Shown: positions 9,323 through 17,881, counted from the stretch's first letter. The stretch is 20,262 bases of DNA from an uncultured Bacteroidales bacterium (GCA_964644135.1 CAZXWD010000057.1:1-20262); one strand, 5' to 3'. Made by a program: numbers and translations. Notes: generated by a model not told the origin, from the sequence alone.

Positions 9323-9762
9323 GACTGTATCCTTTTTTTGATGAGGTGATCCAGACTGATTTTTCCGGCCCCGTTGATCAGCAATACAAACAACATCAGC
9401 ATGTAATACAGGGGTATTTCAAAGCCATTGTCGCCGGCATTAAAACCGTTGCCCCAGTGGACTGTAGCAATAGCTACAACCATGGTAATCATCAACGGGA
9501 TGGAGATAATGCGGGTAGCCAGGCCAAGAGGTAATAGGATCACTGCAGCCATTTCCGTTGTGGCAGCCAGGTAGGCATTCAGGCCGGGCAGAGGTATGCC
9601 CATACTGTCGAACCATTCTATGATGCCATTGATATTTCCCCATTTCATCATGGCGGGCATGTAGAAGCCATAAGCCAGTACAAGCCTCAGCAAAAGCAGG
9701 GGAATATCCTGCAGGTTTTTGAGTTTTTCGGTTATATTCCGATACATTGTTATAATTTTCAT
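9319..9762 (-). CDS. DoxX family membrane protein
   Basis: 147-aa ORF with four predicted TM helices and the DoxX-like LLRLVLAYGF motif. Probably translationally coupled to the DUF427 gene. Confidence 0.8.
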   Translation of the reverse strand: MKIITMYRNITEKLKNLQDIPLLLLRLVLAYGFYMPAMMKWGNINGIIEWFDSMGIPLPGLNAYLAATTEMAAVILLPLGLATRIISIPLMITMVVAIATVHWGNGFNAGDNGFEIPLYYMLMLFVLLINGAGKISLDHLIKKRIQS

Positions 9763-10056
9763 GTCTGTAAAAATTTAAAGTTGTTGAATTTTATTTGCTA
9801 ATGAAATTTCACCTGATTTGTAGGGATATTTCAAAAAACCTGACAAAAAAAGCTTGAAGAAAATTTGTTAACAAGGAATGGAATCAGTTCGACCTGATCC
9901 TGTTGGTGTAGCACCGGTTATGACGCTTCCAGTCCGGGTCGGTTCCGGTCTTGACTATAATAATCTCTGACCTTGAACTTGAAGAAGACTATAAAGTTTG
10001 CATGAATTTTAATGTGGGCTCTTTTTAATAAAAGGATATGGAGTGGAAAAGCAGGA

Positions 10057-10326
10057 TCAATAGCTATCCCCCAGCTTGCTTTTCGTTTCTTTTTTGAGCT
10101 TCTCAAGATCAATGGAAATATCTTCGGGTTCAACCATGTGGCTCATTGCCCGGTCGATCATATACGATTGCTTTTCATAGTTGCTGCAGGCGCTGCACAT
10201 GCTTTTATGTGCAGCAAGCTGGAGTTTTTCTATTATTGAAAGCTTGAAATATATTTTCTTTTCGATTAGCTCAGTCGCTTTAAAACACGAAAGAAATAAT
10301 ATATGCATTAATTTTTTCATCCCCAC
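10057..10326 (-). CDS. small protein with an HxxxCxxC motif; possible cognate anti-sigma factor
   Basis: 89-aa ORF starting 2 nt after the ECF sigma gene. It contains HKSMCSAC, a zinc-anti-sigma-like H-x3-C-x2-C. The start codon and function are uncertain. Confidence 0.4.
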   Translation of the reverse strand: MGMKKLMHILFLSCFKATELIEKKIYFKLSIIEKLQLAAHKSMCSACSNYEKQSYMIDRAMSHMVEPEDISIDLEKLKKETKSKLGDSY

Positions 10327-10328
10327 TG

Positions 10329-10883
10329 TTAGTTTTGGAACCAGTTACCGTCAATACATTCGCGCAAATTCAATTTTGCCCTGTGCATAATCTGCCAGAA
10401 ATTAGTAGGAGTAATTTCAAGTTCCTGACAGATATCCTCACCACTCTTATTTAAAAAATATTTCAGCTTAACGCAGGCATTCCATTTTTCCGGCAGTTCT
10501 TCCAAGCAATTTTTCAGCACTCTTTGAAAATCATGATCATCCAGTAAATTTGCTTCTTCGTGGTCCCATGCTTTTGGCCTTTTGTTCACAAACCAGTCAC
10601 CTTCATCGTCAAAGAAATCAACAAATGAGTTATTGATTGCTTCAGGAGATTTGGCCTTTTGCCTGTAAACATCAATGATCTTAAAATTCAATATTGAGAA
10701 AAGCCATGTTTTAGGTGAGCTTTTCCCCTCGAAATCATCTAATTTCTCTGCTGCTGCAAGAAAAGTGTCCTGTACAATATCTTTTGCCAGTTCCTCATCC
10801 GAAAGCTTGAACATTGCCCAACGGAACATGTCGGAGGAAAATGATTCAACCCATTCGGAAAGATTGTATTTATTTCTGGGCAT
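10329..10883 (-). CDS. RNA polymerase ECF-type sigma-70 factor
   Basis: 184-aa ORF with a sigma-70 region 2 (DIVQDTFLAAAEKLDDF...TWLFSILNFKIIDVYR) and a region-4 HTH (LPEKWNACVKLKYFLNKSGEDICQELEITPTNFWQIMHRAKLNLRE). Confidence 0.85.
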   Translation of the reverse strand: MPRNKYNLSEWVESFSSDMFRWAMFKLSDEELAKDIVQDTFLAAAEKLDDFEGKSSPKTWLFSILNFKIIDVYRQKAKSPEAINNSFVDFFDDEGDWFVNKRPKAWDHEEANLLDDHDFQRVLKNCLEELPEKWNACVKLKYFLNKSGEDICQELEITPTNFWQIMHRAKLNLRECIDGNWFQN

Positions 10884-11139
10884 AGTTTACCTGGTTGGCA
10901 CAATCTTAAGTAAGCTAAGATATACAAAATTTGTTTTTTGCAAAGAAATACATATTGCAGCCTGATTCGTGCTTTCTACCTTAAAAAAACGGACGAAAAA
11001 GCCGGGAAAGGAATGTTTTTTTCAGGAAATTCTTAGCATTGAAGCTGCGATTAAATCCTCCCTTGACTTTTTCTCCATTCTTATATAACTTAGTAAGATA
11101 TGTGATTTGATTTGATGCTTATCTGAAAATCCCGCCATT

Positions 11140-12198
11140 ATGAAAAAGTTTTTATTATTAACCGGTTTACTGGCCTTCTTTTTTTCAACACTCGCACAAA
11201 ATGACCATGATGCGAACGGTGTATTTGAGGTGGAACCCTGGGTGCAAACTACTGCAGACAGGGAATACGTGCATTTTGCAGATACTGGTGATGTATTGCA
11301 TACAATTCCAACGCCCGGAGGAAAATGCAATGCACTTACCTGGGACGGTTCAGCGCTATGGACTTCCGACCTGATCACAAGGACCATCTACAGGGTAAGC
11401 CCTGACGACGGCTCTGTTCTTTCAAGTTTCCCTTATCCTTCTGAATTTGATTATTGTGAAGGCCTTGCCTGGGACGGGACCTATCTGCTGGCTTGCGGCT
11501 GGGAATCATCCAACGGCTATGGGAGCAAGATATTTACACTTGATCCGGAGGATGGCGCAATAATAGAGTCTTTTTCATACCCACTCGAAGAACCCTGGCC
11601 CCATGGCATCACCTACGACGGCCAGTACATCTGGGCAAATGAGTTCAACACCAATTCACTTGACAAACTGGACAGGGAAACAGGGGAGATCATTCATTCA
11701 GTGCCTGCTCCGGGGGAGAAATCAGTTGGGGTGACATGGGATGGGAAATACCTCTGGTCAGATAATTATGAAGAGTGGGCGATCTACCAGATCGACCCTG
11801 CCGACGGGTCAATCATAACTTCATTTCCTGCCCCTACCTACAACCCGAGGGGAATGGCTTTCGACGGGCACCGGCTCTGGGTTATTTCATGGAATAACGA
11901 GACTATCTACCAGCTTGATGCCGGTCCGGCAGCGGTACCTGAATATTCCAGATCAGATTTGTCAATATTTCCGAATCCGGCATATGACCGTATCACGGTG
12001 ATTAATTTTAATACACCGGTCAGTAGAAAAGTTCTTTTGGTCGACATAACCGGTAAGGCAGTTTTATCCGGATTTATTCCAAAAGGTGAGGACAGACGTG
12101 TAATTTCCCTGGATGGGTTCAGCCCCGGGCTGTACACGATACTTTTAGAGGACGGGAACAGAGATTTCAGTTCCGCTAAAGTACTGGTAGTTAAGTAG
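11140..12198 (+). CDS. secreted repeat (beta-propeller-like) protein with a T9SS C-terminal sorting domain
   Basis: 352-aa ORF with a signal peptide. It has five ~45-aa repeats built on W/YDGxxLW...IY.(L/I)DP.DGS(I/V)..SFP.P. The C-terminal ~80 aa match the type IX secretion CTD pattern (LSIFPNPAYDRITVINF ... GLYTILLEDGNRDFSSAKVLVVK). Confidence 0.8.
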   Translation: MKKFLLLTGLLAFFFSTLAQNDHDANGVFEVEPWVQTTADREYVHFADTGDVLHTIPTPGGKCNALTWDGSALWTSDLITRTIYRVSPDDGSVLSSFPYPSEFDYCEGLAWDGTYLLACGWESSNGYGSKIFTLDPEDGAIIESFSYPLEEPWPHGITYDGQYIWANEFNTNSLDKLDRETGEIIHSVPAPGEKSVGVTWDGKYLWSDNYEEWAIYQIDPADGSIITSFPAPTYNPRGMAFDGHRLWVISWNNETIYQLDAGPAAVPEYSRSDLSIFPNPAYDRITVINFNTPVSRKVLLVDITGKAVLSGFIPKGEDRRVISLDGFSPGLYTILLEDGNRDFSSAKVLVVK

Positions 12199-12304
12199 GC
12201 CTTACTATTTATCAGAGGCTGAGAAAACCGGTTTGATACGATAAAGTCAAATTGCTGAGGTCTTACTGCAATATCCCGGGGAGAATTTTCTAATTTCGTT
12301 CCCT

Positions 12305-12505
12305 ATGAATTATATCACCCTTCCAACTACAGATTTCAAGGTATCAGAGATCATTCTCGGATGTATGCGCATCCATGAAACAGACCCTCAAAAAATCTCT
12401 AAGCTTATTAAAACAGCATTGGAAGAAGGGATCAACTTCTTTGATCATGCCGACAAATATGGCAACGGAATGTCTGAAGTTAAACAGCTATTACTTCGGG
12501 AATAA
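12305..12505 (+). pseudogene. aldo/keto reductase N-terminal fragment (66 aa of an expected ~300)
   Basis: Matches an AKR start (LGCMRI...ALEEGINFFDHADKYGNGMSE), then stops. There is no continuation in any frame before the next gene at 12558. Confidence 0.6.
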
Positions 12506-12557
12506 ATGAACAACAGTGGTTAAGTGTTGTTTTAAATTATAATTAATCTCATCTAAC

Positions 12558-13349
12558 ATGAAAAAAATCCCATTTAAAATCCTAATTATTATGCTGGTTA
12601 CAGGATTGTTCAGCCAATCGTGCAATCAGCTACAAGGTCCGGATAGCAGTAAAAAATCAAACATCGCAAAAGGAGAAAGCCCAAAGGTACTGTTTGTCCT
12701 GACAAGTCATTCTGAACTGGGCAACACCGGTGAAGAGACTGGCTTTTACCTTTCAGAAGCCTCTCATCCCTGGAAGGAACTTACCGAAAACGGAATCCAG
12801 GTCGATTTCGTTAGTATAGAAGGAGGCATGCCGCCGGTTGACGGCTTCAAGCTTGACGACCCTATTAACAAGGAATTCTGGGAAAGTTCTGAAATTCAGC
12901 AGGCGCTTGAAAATGCCCCGTCACCGGGTAAAATTGATCCGGCTCAGTACGATGCCATCCATTTTGTAGGAGGGCATGGTACCATGTGGGATTTTCCTGA
13001 GAATAAACAAATTGCTGACCTTGCTGCAGCCATTTATGACAATGGGGGGTACGTGACTGCTGTTTGCCACGGGCCTGCAGCACTTGTAAATATCCGCCTT
13101 TCGGACGGAAGTTACCTGGTTGATGGGAAAACGCTCACATCATTCACCAATGCCGAGGAAGAAGCGGTAGGACTTACGCAGGTAGTGCCCTTTCTTCTAC
13201 AGGATGTTCTTGAGGAAAGGGGAGCTGATTTTGTTGCTTCTGAAAACTGGACCGACAATGTACAGGTGAGTGACAGGCTTATTACCGGGCAGAACCCGCA
13301 GTCGGCATCAACACTGGGCAAAGAGCTTGTAAAATATCTCGAAAAGTAA
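12558..13349 (+). CDS. DJ-1/PfpI family (class I glutamine amidotransferase-like) protein, probable lipoprotein
   Basis: 263-aa ORF with a signal peptide ending ...GLFSQSC and a nucleophile-elbow Cys in AVCHGPAAL. Overall it resembles ThiJ/PfpI/Hsp31. Confidence 0.85.
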   Translation: MKKIPFKILIIMLVTGLFSQSCNQLQGPDSSKKSNIAKGESPKVLFVLTSHSELGNTGEETGFYLSEASHPWKELTENGIQVDFVSIEGGMPPVDGFKLDDPINKEFWESSEIQQALENAPSPGKIDPAQYDAIHFVGGHGTMWDFPENKQIADLAAAIYDNGGYVTAVCHGPAALVNIRLSDGSYLVDGKTLTSFTNAEEEAVGLTQVVPFLLQDVLEERGADFVASENWTDNVQVSDRLITGQNPQSASTLGKELVKYLEK

Positions 13350-13428
13350 TTCCGGTCAGGGTTTGCTGCAAAATAGGACTAAAATATTCTGTGGCAGGTT
13401 TTAATATGTTAACCTCTTATGGTATGTT

Positions 13429-13459
13429 AGCAGGGTTGAAAGATCCTGCTTTTTTTTTT
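13429..13459 (+). terminator. rho-independent terminator after the DJ-1/PfpI gene
   Basis: AGCAGGGUU-GAAA-GAUCCUGCU: a 9-bp stem (two G-U pairs) closed by a GNRA tetraloop, then T10 (13450-13459). Confidence 0.7.
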
Positions 13460-13477
13460 CTGTGAGCAAATACATAC

Positions 13478-13485
13478 ATTTGCTT
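13478..13485 (+). promoter_or_regulatory. Bacteroidota-type -7 promoter box (TAcaTTTG)
   Basis: Matches the TAnnTTTG consensus used by Bacteroidota sigma-A. It lies ~29 nt upstream of the ATG at 13514. Confidence 0.35.
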
Positions 13486-13513
13486 TTATTGCATAAACCA
13501 AAACCATTTATTT

Positions 13514-14224
13514 ATGAAATTCAAGTTGTTCTTTGTCTTGTTATGCTATCTCATCTCTTCCTTACCACTCTATTCACAGGTTTCCATTAATGAAGACGGA
13601 TCACCCCCTGCAGGATCGGCCATGCTTGATGTTAATTCAAACGATAAAGGTTTGTTGGTGCCACGTATGACTGCATCACAGAGGGACGGTATTGCATCCC
13701 CTGTTGCAGGCCTTGTTGTTTATGTAACTGATGAAAACCAGTTCAGTCTCTTCTCGGATGGTCAATGGAAGAGCTTAGTTATAGCTGATTCCCTTTTCTG
13801 GGCATCATCAGGGGATGATATTCACACCCTGAACTCTGGTAAAGTGGGTATTGGCACCTCTAATCCTCAAAACCAGGTTGAGGTTTATAATGAGGCAGGT
13901 ACGGCCAACCTATCCATAATCGGAAAAACAGGTTCCGGTGCCTCTGTCAGGTTGGAAAACCATGTTGATGATGATGCTGCACTGATCCTTGATGTCACAA
14001 GGGATCTCAAGTTTATCAATATGGCTTTAGATAATGATGCAGATATCGTTTTCAGGGTACAAGACTCCGATGAGGTTCTGAGGTTAAAAGGTAGCGGTAT
14101 TATTGAAGTGAGCGGTGAACTTGATATGAACGGAAACGAATCGAGGAATTTCGTCATTGAAAACCGTACAAGTGACCCTGCAAGCCCGCAGGTCGGGCAG
14201 GTCTGGATAAGGACCGATCTTTAA
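13514..14224 (+). CDS. secreted hypothetical protein with tail-fibre-like motifs
   Basis: 236-aa ORF with a signal peptide. Motifs include SAMLDVNSNDKGLLVPRMT..QRDGIASPVAGLVVYVTD and GKVGIGTSNPQNQVEVY. From memory these recur in Bacteroidota phage-tail-fibre-like or adhesin-like proteins. No T9SS CTD is detected. Confidence 0.6.
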   Translation: MKFKLFFVLLCYLISSLPLYSQVSINEDGSPPAGSAMLDVNSNDKGLLVPRMTASQRDGIASPVAGLVVYVTDENQFSLFSDGQWKSLVIADSLFWASSGDDIHTLNSGKVGIGTSNPQNQVEVYNEAGTANLSIIGKTGSGASVRLENHVDDDAALILDVTRDLKFINMALDNDADIVFRVQDSDEVLRLKGSGIIEVSGELDMNGNESRNFVIENRTSDPASPQVGQVWIRTDL

Positions 14225-14283
14225 TTTTTTAATTCATACATAATATATACAATGTATTTTTTTCGATCGAGGAGAATTTCTAT

Positions 14284-14320
14284 GTAAAAAAAGGCTGCCC
14301 GAAATGAGGCAGCCTCTTTA
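14284..14320. terminator. terminator hairpin between convergent genes (strong on the minus strand, weaker on plus)
   Basis: AGGCUGCC-cgaaauga-GGCAGCCU, an 8-bp GC-rich stem. An A7 run lies upstream (a T-run on the minus strand, serving the 14343..14927 gene) and CTTTAAAAT downstream. Confidence 0.65.
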
Positions 14321-14342
14321 AAATATTCTTTAATGACAGCTT

Positions 14343-14927
14343 TTATCTGTCTCCCACAATGTATTTCTTCTCCACTGTTCCGTCATCATACTGATAAATG
14401 AGTACAGTTCCTTTCGTATCCTTATGAACTTCCCGCCCGAAAATGTCATAGACTTTTACCAGCTTTCTTTCCGGATTGTAACCGGCCAAAGGCTCATCCT
14501 CAATGTTTGTAAAGGTATCCCTTACCAGGAAAATTATGCCTGCTTCAGGATTTGGCTCGGGATCGTCCCAGAAATTGTAGTGCATTTCCAGGGTATCATT
14601 CTGGAAGTAAACCACCTCGTAAAAGAAATGCTGGTAGAAGTATTGCCCTGCATAGACCGTTTCGAGGTACCACCAGTGGTATCTGTTTGTTTCTGCATCG
14701 AATTCACTTTGCTGGGTATTGGGGTAAATAGTGGGCATCAGGTGGCCTGACGTCTCTACATAGAATCCATCCGGTTCAATGGTCATGGTCATGGGATCGT
14801 TATATCCGTTCCATTCACTGCTGATATAACCACTCCATGTTCCCACAAAATCTTCGAAAGTATAAGATTGTCCGGAGGAAGAGATGAACATGAATAATAA
14901 TGAAGCTAAAAAGGTAATTTTTTTCAT
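14343..14927 (-). CDS. secreted hypothetical protein with a T9SS C-terminal sorting domain
   Basis: The track ORF is 14343..15080. The likely real start is the Met of the signal peptide MKKITFLASLLFMFISSSGQ (ATG at 14927). The aromatic-rich body ends in KLVKVYDIFGREVHKDTKGTVLIYQYDDGTVEKKYIV, which fits the T9SS CTD pattern. Confidence 0.65.
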   Translation of the reverse strand: MKKITFLASLLFMFISSSGQSYTFEDFVGTWSGYISSEWNGYNDPMTMTIEPDGFYVETSGHLMPTIYPNTQQSEFDAETNRYHWWYLETVYAGQYFYQHFFYEVVYFQNDTLEMHYNFWDDPEPNPEAGIIFLVRDTFTNIEDEPLAGYNPERKLVKVYDIFGREVHKDTKGTVLIYQYDDGTVEKKYIVGDR

Positions 14928-15242
14928 TCCTGATCTATTAATTGACATTTTCATTGAACCACTCATAAACATTGAATTTGGCTGATTGTTCACTGACTGG
15001 CTCTTTTTCCTGATTTTTTTGGAAAAATGACAGGTGTTTTCGACCCTTAAACCGATAACATGGCTCGGGCAAGGAAACATGAATGGTTTTTGTGAGGAGA
15101 TCTTCCCGAAGTAATGAAATAATTCGTAATTAGTTGAACTACTAACATTAATTCATGAAAAACAAGATCTTATCCGTCATGTTCAACTTACACGCCATGT
15201 CAATGGTTTATTTCAGGCAGGCGGGCGACAAAATACAGGTTT

Positions 15243-15557
15243 ATGAAAAGGTATTTTTATCTGGCCATAATCCTGATCCTTGCTTTTATCCTTGTCAAAA
15301 CATTATTTCGTCAGGAGAAAGGGTCACAAATACAAAATGTTTTAGATTATGATACTTCAGGTGAGATATCCCTGATCGGCGCCTGTCAACCCTATTATCT
15401 GCTTTCGGAAAAAGGTGATACAACTGTAGCCTTCCTGCTGCTGGCCTTGGTGATAATTTTTCTTTCATCAACGACGGTAAGAAATTTTATTTCCTCAATT
15501 CCCGATAAACCCAAAAAGACAATAGGTTTTTCAGCAGGTTCTATGACAAACAACTAA
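15243..15557 (+). CDS. hypothetical small membrane protein (2 predicted TM helices)
   Basis: 104-aa ORF with two hydrophobic segments. It has no recognisable family and may be spurious. Confidence 0.3.
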   Translation: MKRYFYLAIILILAFILVKTLFRQEKGSQIQNVLDYDTSGEISLIGACQPYYLLSEKGDTTVAFLLLALVIIFLSSTTVRNFISSIPDKPKKTIGFSAGSMTNN

Positions 15558-15667
15558 AAAACAAACGTAATTGACAGCACTATGAAAGCAGCTTGCACCT
15601 GATGATCAACATATTTCTGTGGCTGCAGAAAGCTTTCTTCTAAAATTGATTGATACCAAGATAAAAA

Positions 15668-16180
15668 TCACCTCTCACGGTGTCGATGTTTAACTTTCCT
15701 TTCGGATCCGTGCATCGGGCAACCGTAAAGTTCCCGGTACAGATTGGCCAGGCGCATTGCCTGCTCCGGTGTGCATACCTGCTTTAATGCCAGGTAATGA
15801 TCGATGTTTTCCTTTTGCAGGCGTACCTGAATATCCGCTAATTCCTCCGTCAGATCATTCAGATAACTTTTGTCAGGATCCGTTACTGCAAGTTCATCCA
15901 GGATTTCCCCGCGAAGTTTTTTAATGGAATCGGCCAGCGGTCCCGAAACTTTAAGGTATTCCCCACTGATTTGGTCTACCTGACGGGTTTGTTCATCGGT
16001 AAGATCAAGCCGCGCCTGGTAGAGACACCCGGGAGTAGCCCTTTCGTCACCGCAAGTGACCACAGAGGGTTTTACAGGATAAAAAAGATAGGCGCCTAGC
16101 GCAGCAAGATTCACTACGATAAGAAAGATCAATACCCGGAAAAGTAAACGGTTTTTATGATACATTTCCATGTTGCTCAT
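15668..16180 (-). CDS. periplasmic LTXXQ-motif protein (CpxP/Spy-like heavy-metal or stress sensor)
   Basis: 170-aa ORF with one N-terminal TM/signal segment and LTDEQ / CTPEQ helical motifs. It is the third gene of a sigma / anti-sigma operon, and its start overlaps the anti-sigma stop. Confidence 0.72.
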   Translation of the reverse strand: MSNMEMYHKNRLLFRVLIFLIVVNLAALGAYLFYPVKPSVVTCGDERATPGCLYQARLDLTDEQTRQVDQISGEYLKVSGPLADSIKKLRGEILDELAVTDPDKSYLNDLTEELADIQVRLQKENIDHYLALKQVCTPEQAMRLANLYRELYGCPMHGSERKVKHRHRER

Positions 16181-16623
16181 TGTTGATCGGTTAACACATA
16201 CAGCTCCTCTGCGGTAAAGTGATTGATGAAAAGTTCCTTTTTAAGTACTTCCACAGACTGTCCGGTGGCTTCGGGCGAAGTATTTGCACCCCCTTGGGTA
16301 CCAATAAGAAAACCCAGGCCGGCGGCAAGGATAAGTGTCAGCGTGATGAAAACCGGACGCAGGAAGGGAACAGCCTGGCTGGCCGGGGGATGCTGATTTT
16401 TCTCGAGGTGCTGCAGTATCCGTGTGGTTGCAAAAGGGTTTGGCTCCCGGGCCTTTTCCTGTTCAATGGCCGACTCCAATGCCCGGTAATCCTTCAATAA
16501 ATTGGCGCAGGAAGCGCATCTCCCGGCATGTTCTTCCAGGGCAGCCGCCTTTTCTGAAGAAAGCGTCCCTTCACCGTAAGCAAATAAATTGTTTTGTACA
16601 TCCCGGCAATCCATATCAGTCAT
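16177..16623 (-). CDS. zinc-finger (ZAS-type) transmembrane anti-sigma factor
   Basis: 148-aa ORF with N-terminal CRDVQ...HAGRCASCANLL (H-x3-C-x2-C) and a central TM helix (VFITLTLILAAGLGFLI). It overlaps the sigma gene stop by 4 nt. Confidence 0.75.
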   Translation of the reverse strand: MTDMDCRDVQNNLFAYGEGTLSSEKAAALEEHAGRCASCANLLKDYRALESAIEQEKAREPNPFATTRILQHLEKNQHPPASQAVPFLRPVFITLTLILAAGLGFLIGTQGGANTSPEATGQSVEVLKKELFINHFTAEELYVLTDQQ

Positions 16624-17198
16624 TTTTTTGAATATTCGTTAAAATGTTGGGCTAGAATTTTCTGCAAATTTTTTCTGGCCCGATGCATCAGCGATTCAAC
16701 CGACGATAAACTGGTATTCATTACCTCTGCAATATCTTTATAAGAAAGCTCTTCATACTTATGCAGGATAAAAGCCGTTCTCTGGTTCATCGGCAGGGAA
16801 TCAATAGCGTTTTTCAGCAGTTTGCGGTTTTCTTCTCTGGCTAACGGATTATCCTCCGTGGCGATCCCTTCCATTTTATTTTCATCCCTGCCCGCCATTC
16901 GAATTGCGTTTTCTATTCTCAGAAAGGCCTGACGCCTTTTAATTCTCTTCAATTCATTCAACGAACGGTTAACAGTGATGCGGTAAATCCAGGTGGATAG
17001 CGATGAAGACTGACGGAATTTCCCTATCGAATTCACGATCTCCAGGAAGACATCCTGTGCCAGGTCTTCGGCATCCTCCATATTGCCAAGGAAATAATAC
17101 GCTGTTTTGATGACTTTTTTCCGGTAGCTTTCAACAAGGCTGGTGATTGCCTTGCGTTCCTTTGCAATAACTCCTTCAATCAGTTCACTTTCTGTCAT
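16620..17198 (-). CDS. RNA polymerase ECF-type sigma-70 factor
   Basis: 192-aa ORF with sigma-70 region 2 (EDLAQDVFLEIVNSIGKF...TWIYRITVNRSLNELKR) and region 4 (LPMNQRTAFILHKYEELSYKDIAEVMNTSLSSVESLMHRARKNL). Confidence 0.88.
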   Translation of the reverse strand: MTESELIEGVIAKERKAITSLVESYRKKVIKTAYYFLGNMEDAEDLAQDVFLEIVNSIGKFRQSSSLSTWIYRITVNRSLNELKRIKRRQAFLRIENAIRMAGRDENKMEGIATEDNPLAREENRKLLKNAIDSLPMNQRTAFILHKYEELSYKDIAEVMNTSLSSVESLMHRARKNLQKILAQHFNEYSKK

Positions 17199-17230
17199 CC
17201 TTTCCAGCCTGGTTACCTAGCTATTTTAAA

Positions 17231-17276
17231 GAAAAAAAGCCGGGAAATTTCGATAGTGGTCATCCCTTTCCCCGGC
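17231..17276 (-). terminator. putative intrinsic terminator after the Cys-rich protein gene
   Basis: On the minus strand, GCCGGGGAAAGGG...CGAAATTTCCCGGC forms a GC-rich stem (6 bp plus 3 A-U pairs and one bulge) followed by T7. It separates the Cys-rich gene from the sigma operon. Confidence 0.5.
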
Positions 17277-17304
17277 CATCCGCAAATTACATCAAACTTA
17301 GCGA

Positions 17305-17694
17305 TTATTTCTTATCAGGCCCGTTTTTATTGCCGCAGGGGCCAACACAACCCGGATGATTTTTAGCGCCGGTGCCTTTTAGACAATTGGTGCCCTGACC
17401 TTTGCAGCAGTTCAGGTTTCCCTTGCTGCACTTTCCATCGGTAAAGTGATCGCAAGTCCCATCTTTGTTTGCGTCCACAAACTGACAGTCTTTACTCTTG
17501 CTGATCCCCCTGATTTCGGAATGATCGCATTTTCCGTCGCCGTCTTTATCGACAAATTTTCCGATCTCCGATGAAGTTGTTTTTGCCACTTTTGCCTCAT
17601 CCTTGCTGACTTTCGCTTCAGTTTGTGCAAAACCTTGTCCTGCAAGTAACAGAGTAAAAAGGAACACTAAAATAAATCCACTTACTTTTTTCAT
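17305..17694 (-). CDS. secreted cysteine-rich, Gly/Lys/Asp-rich small protein (possible metal-binding)
   Basis: 129-aa ORF with a signal peptide (MKKVSGFILVFLFTLLLAGQGFAQ). The mature part has 9 Cys and tandem DKDGDGKCDH / ANKDGTCDH motifs followed by CCKGQGTNCLKG...PGCVGPCGNKNG. No family recognised. Confidence 0.55.
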   Translation of the reverse strand: MKKVSGFILVFLFTLLLAGQGFAQTEAKVSKDEAKVAKTTSSEIGKFVDKDGDGKCDHSEIRGISKSKDCQFVDANKDGTCDHFTDGKCSKGNLNCCKGQGTNCLKGTGAKNHPGCVGPCGNKNGPDKK

Positions 17695-17881
17695 AGGTTT
17701 TTCTTGATTATTAGTAATACATTCTACTATTTAGACAACCGGACGGAAAAAAACTTGCGGCCGTGTAATCTTCTAGATCATGCAATCTCCTGCATCGCTC
17801 AATCATCTGCCTTTGCGTTATATAAAAAAAATTACTGGATCAGAATTTATGAGATTTTTTTGTTCCACGTAAAGCAGCCCT

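Noticed and set aside
9918-10239. ORFs 9918..10133 (-) and 10012..10239 (+) in the sigma-to-DoxX spacer
   Set aside because: They overlap the 89-aa HxxxCxxC ORF in other frames and have no features. Only the ORF directly coupled to the sigma gene stop was kept, itself at low confidence.
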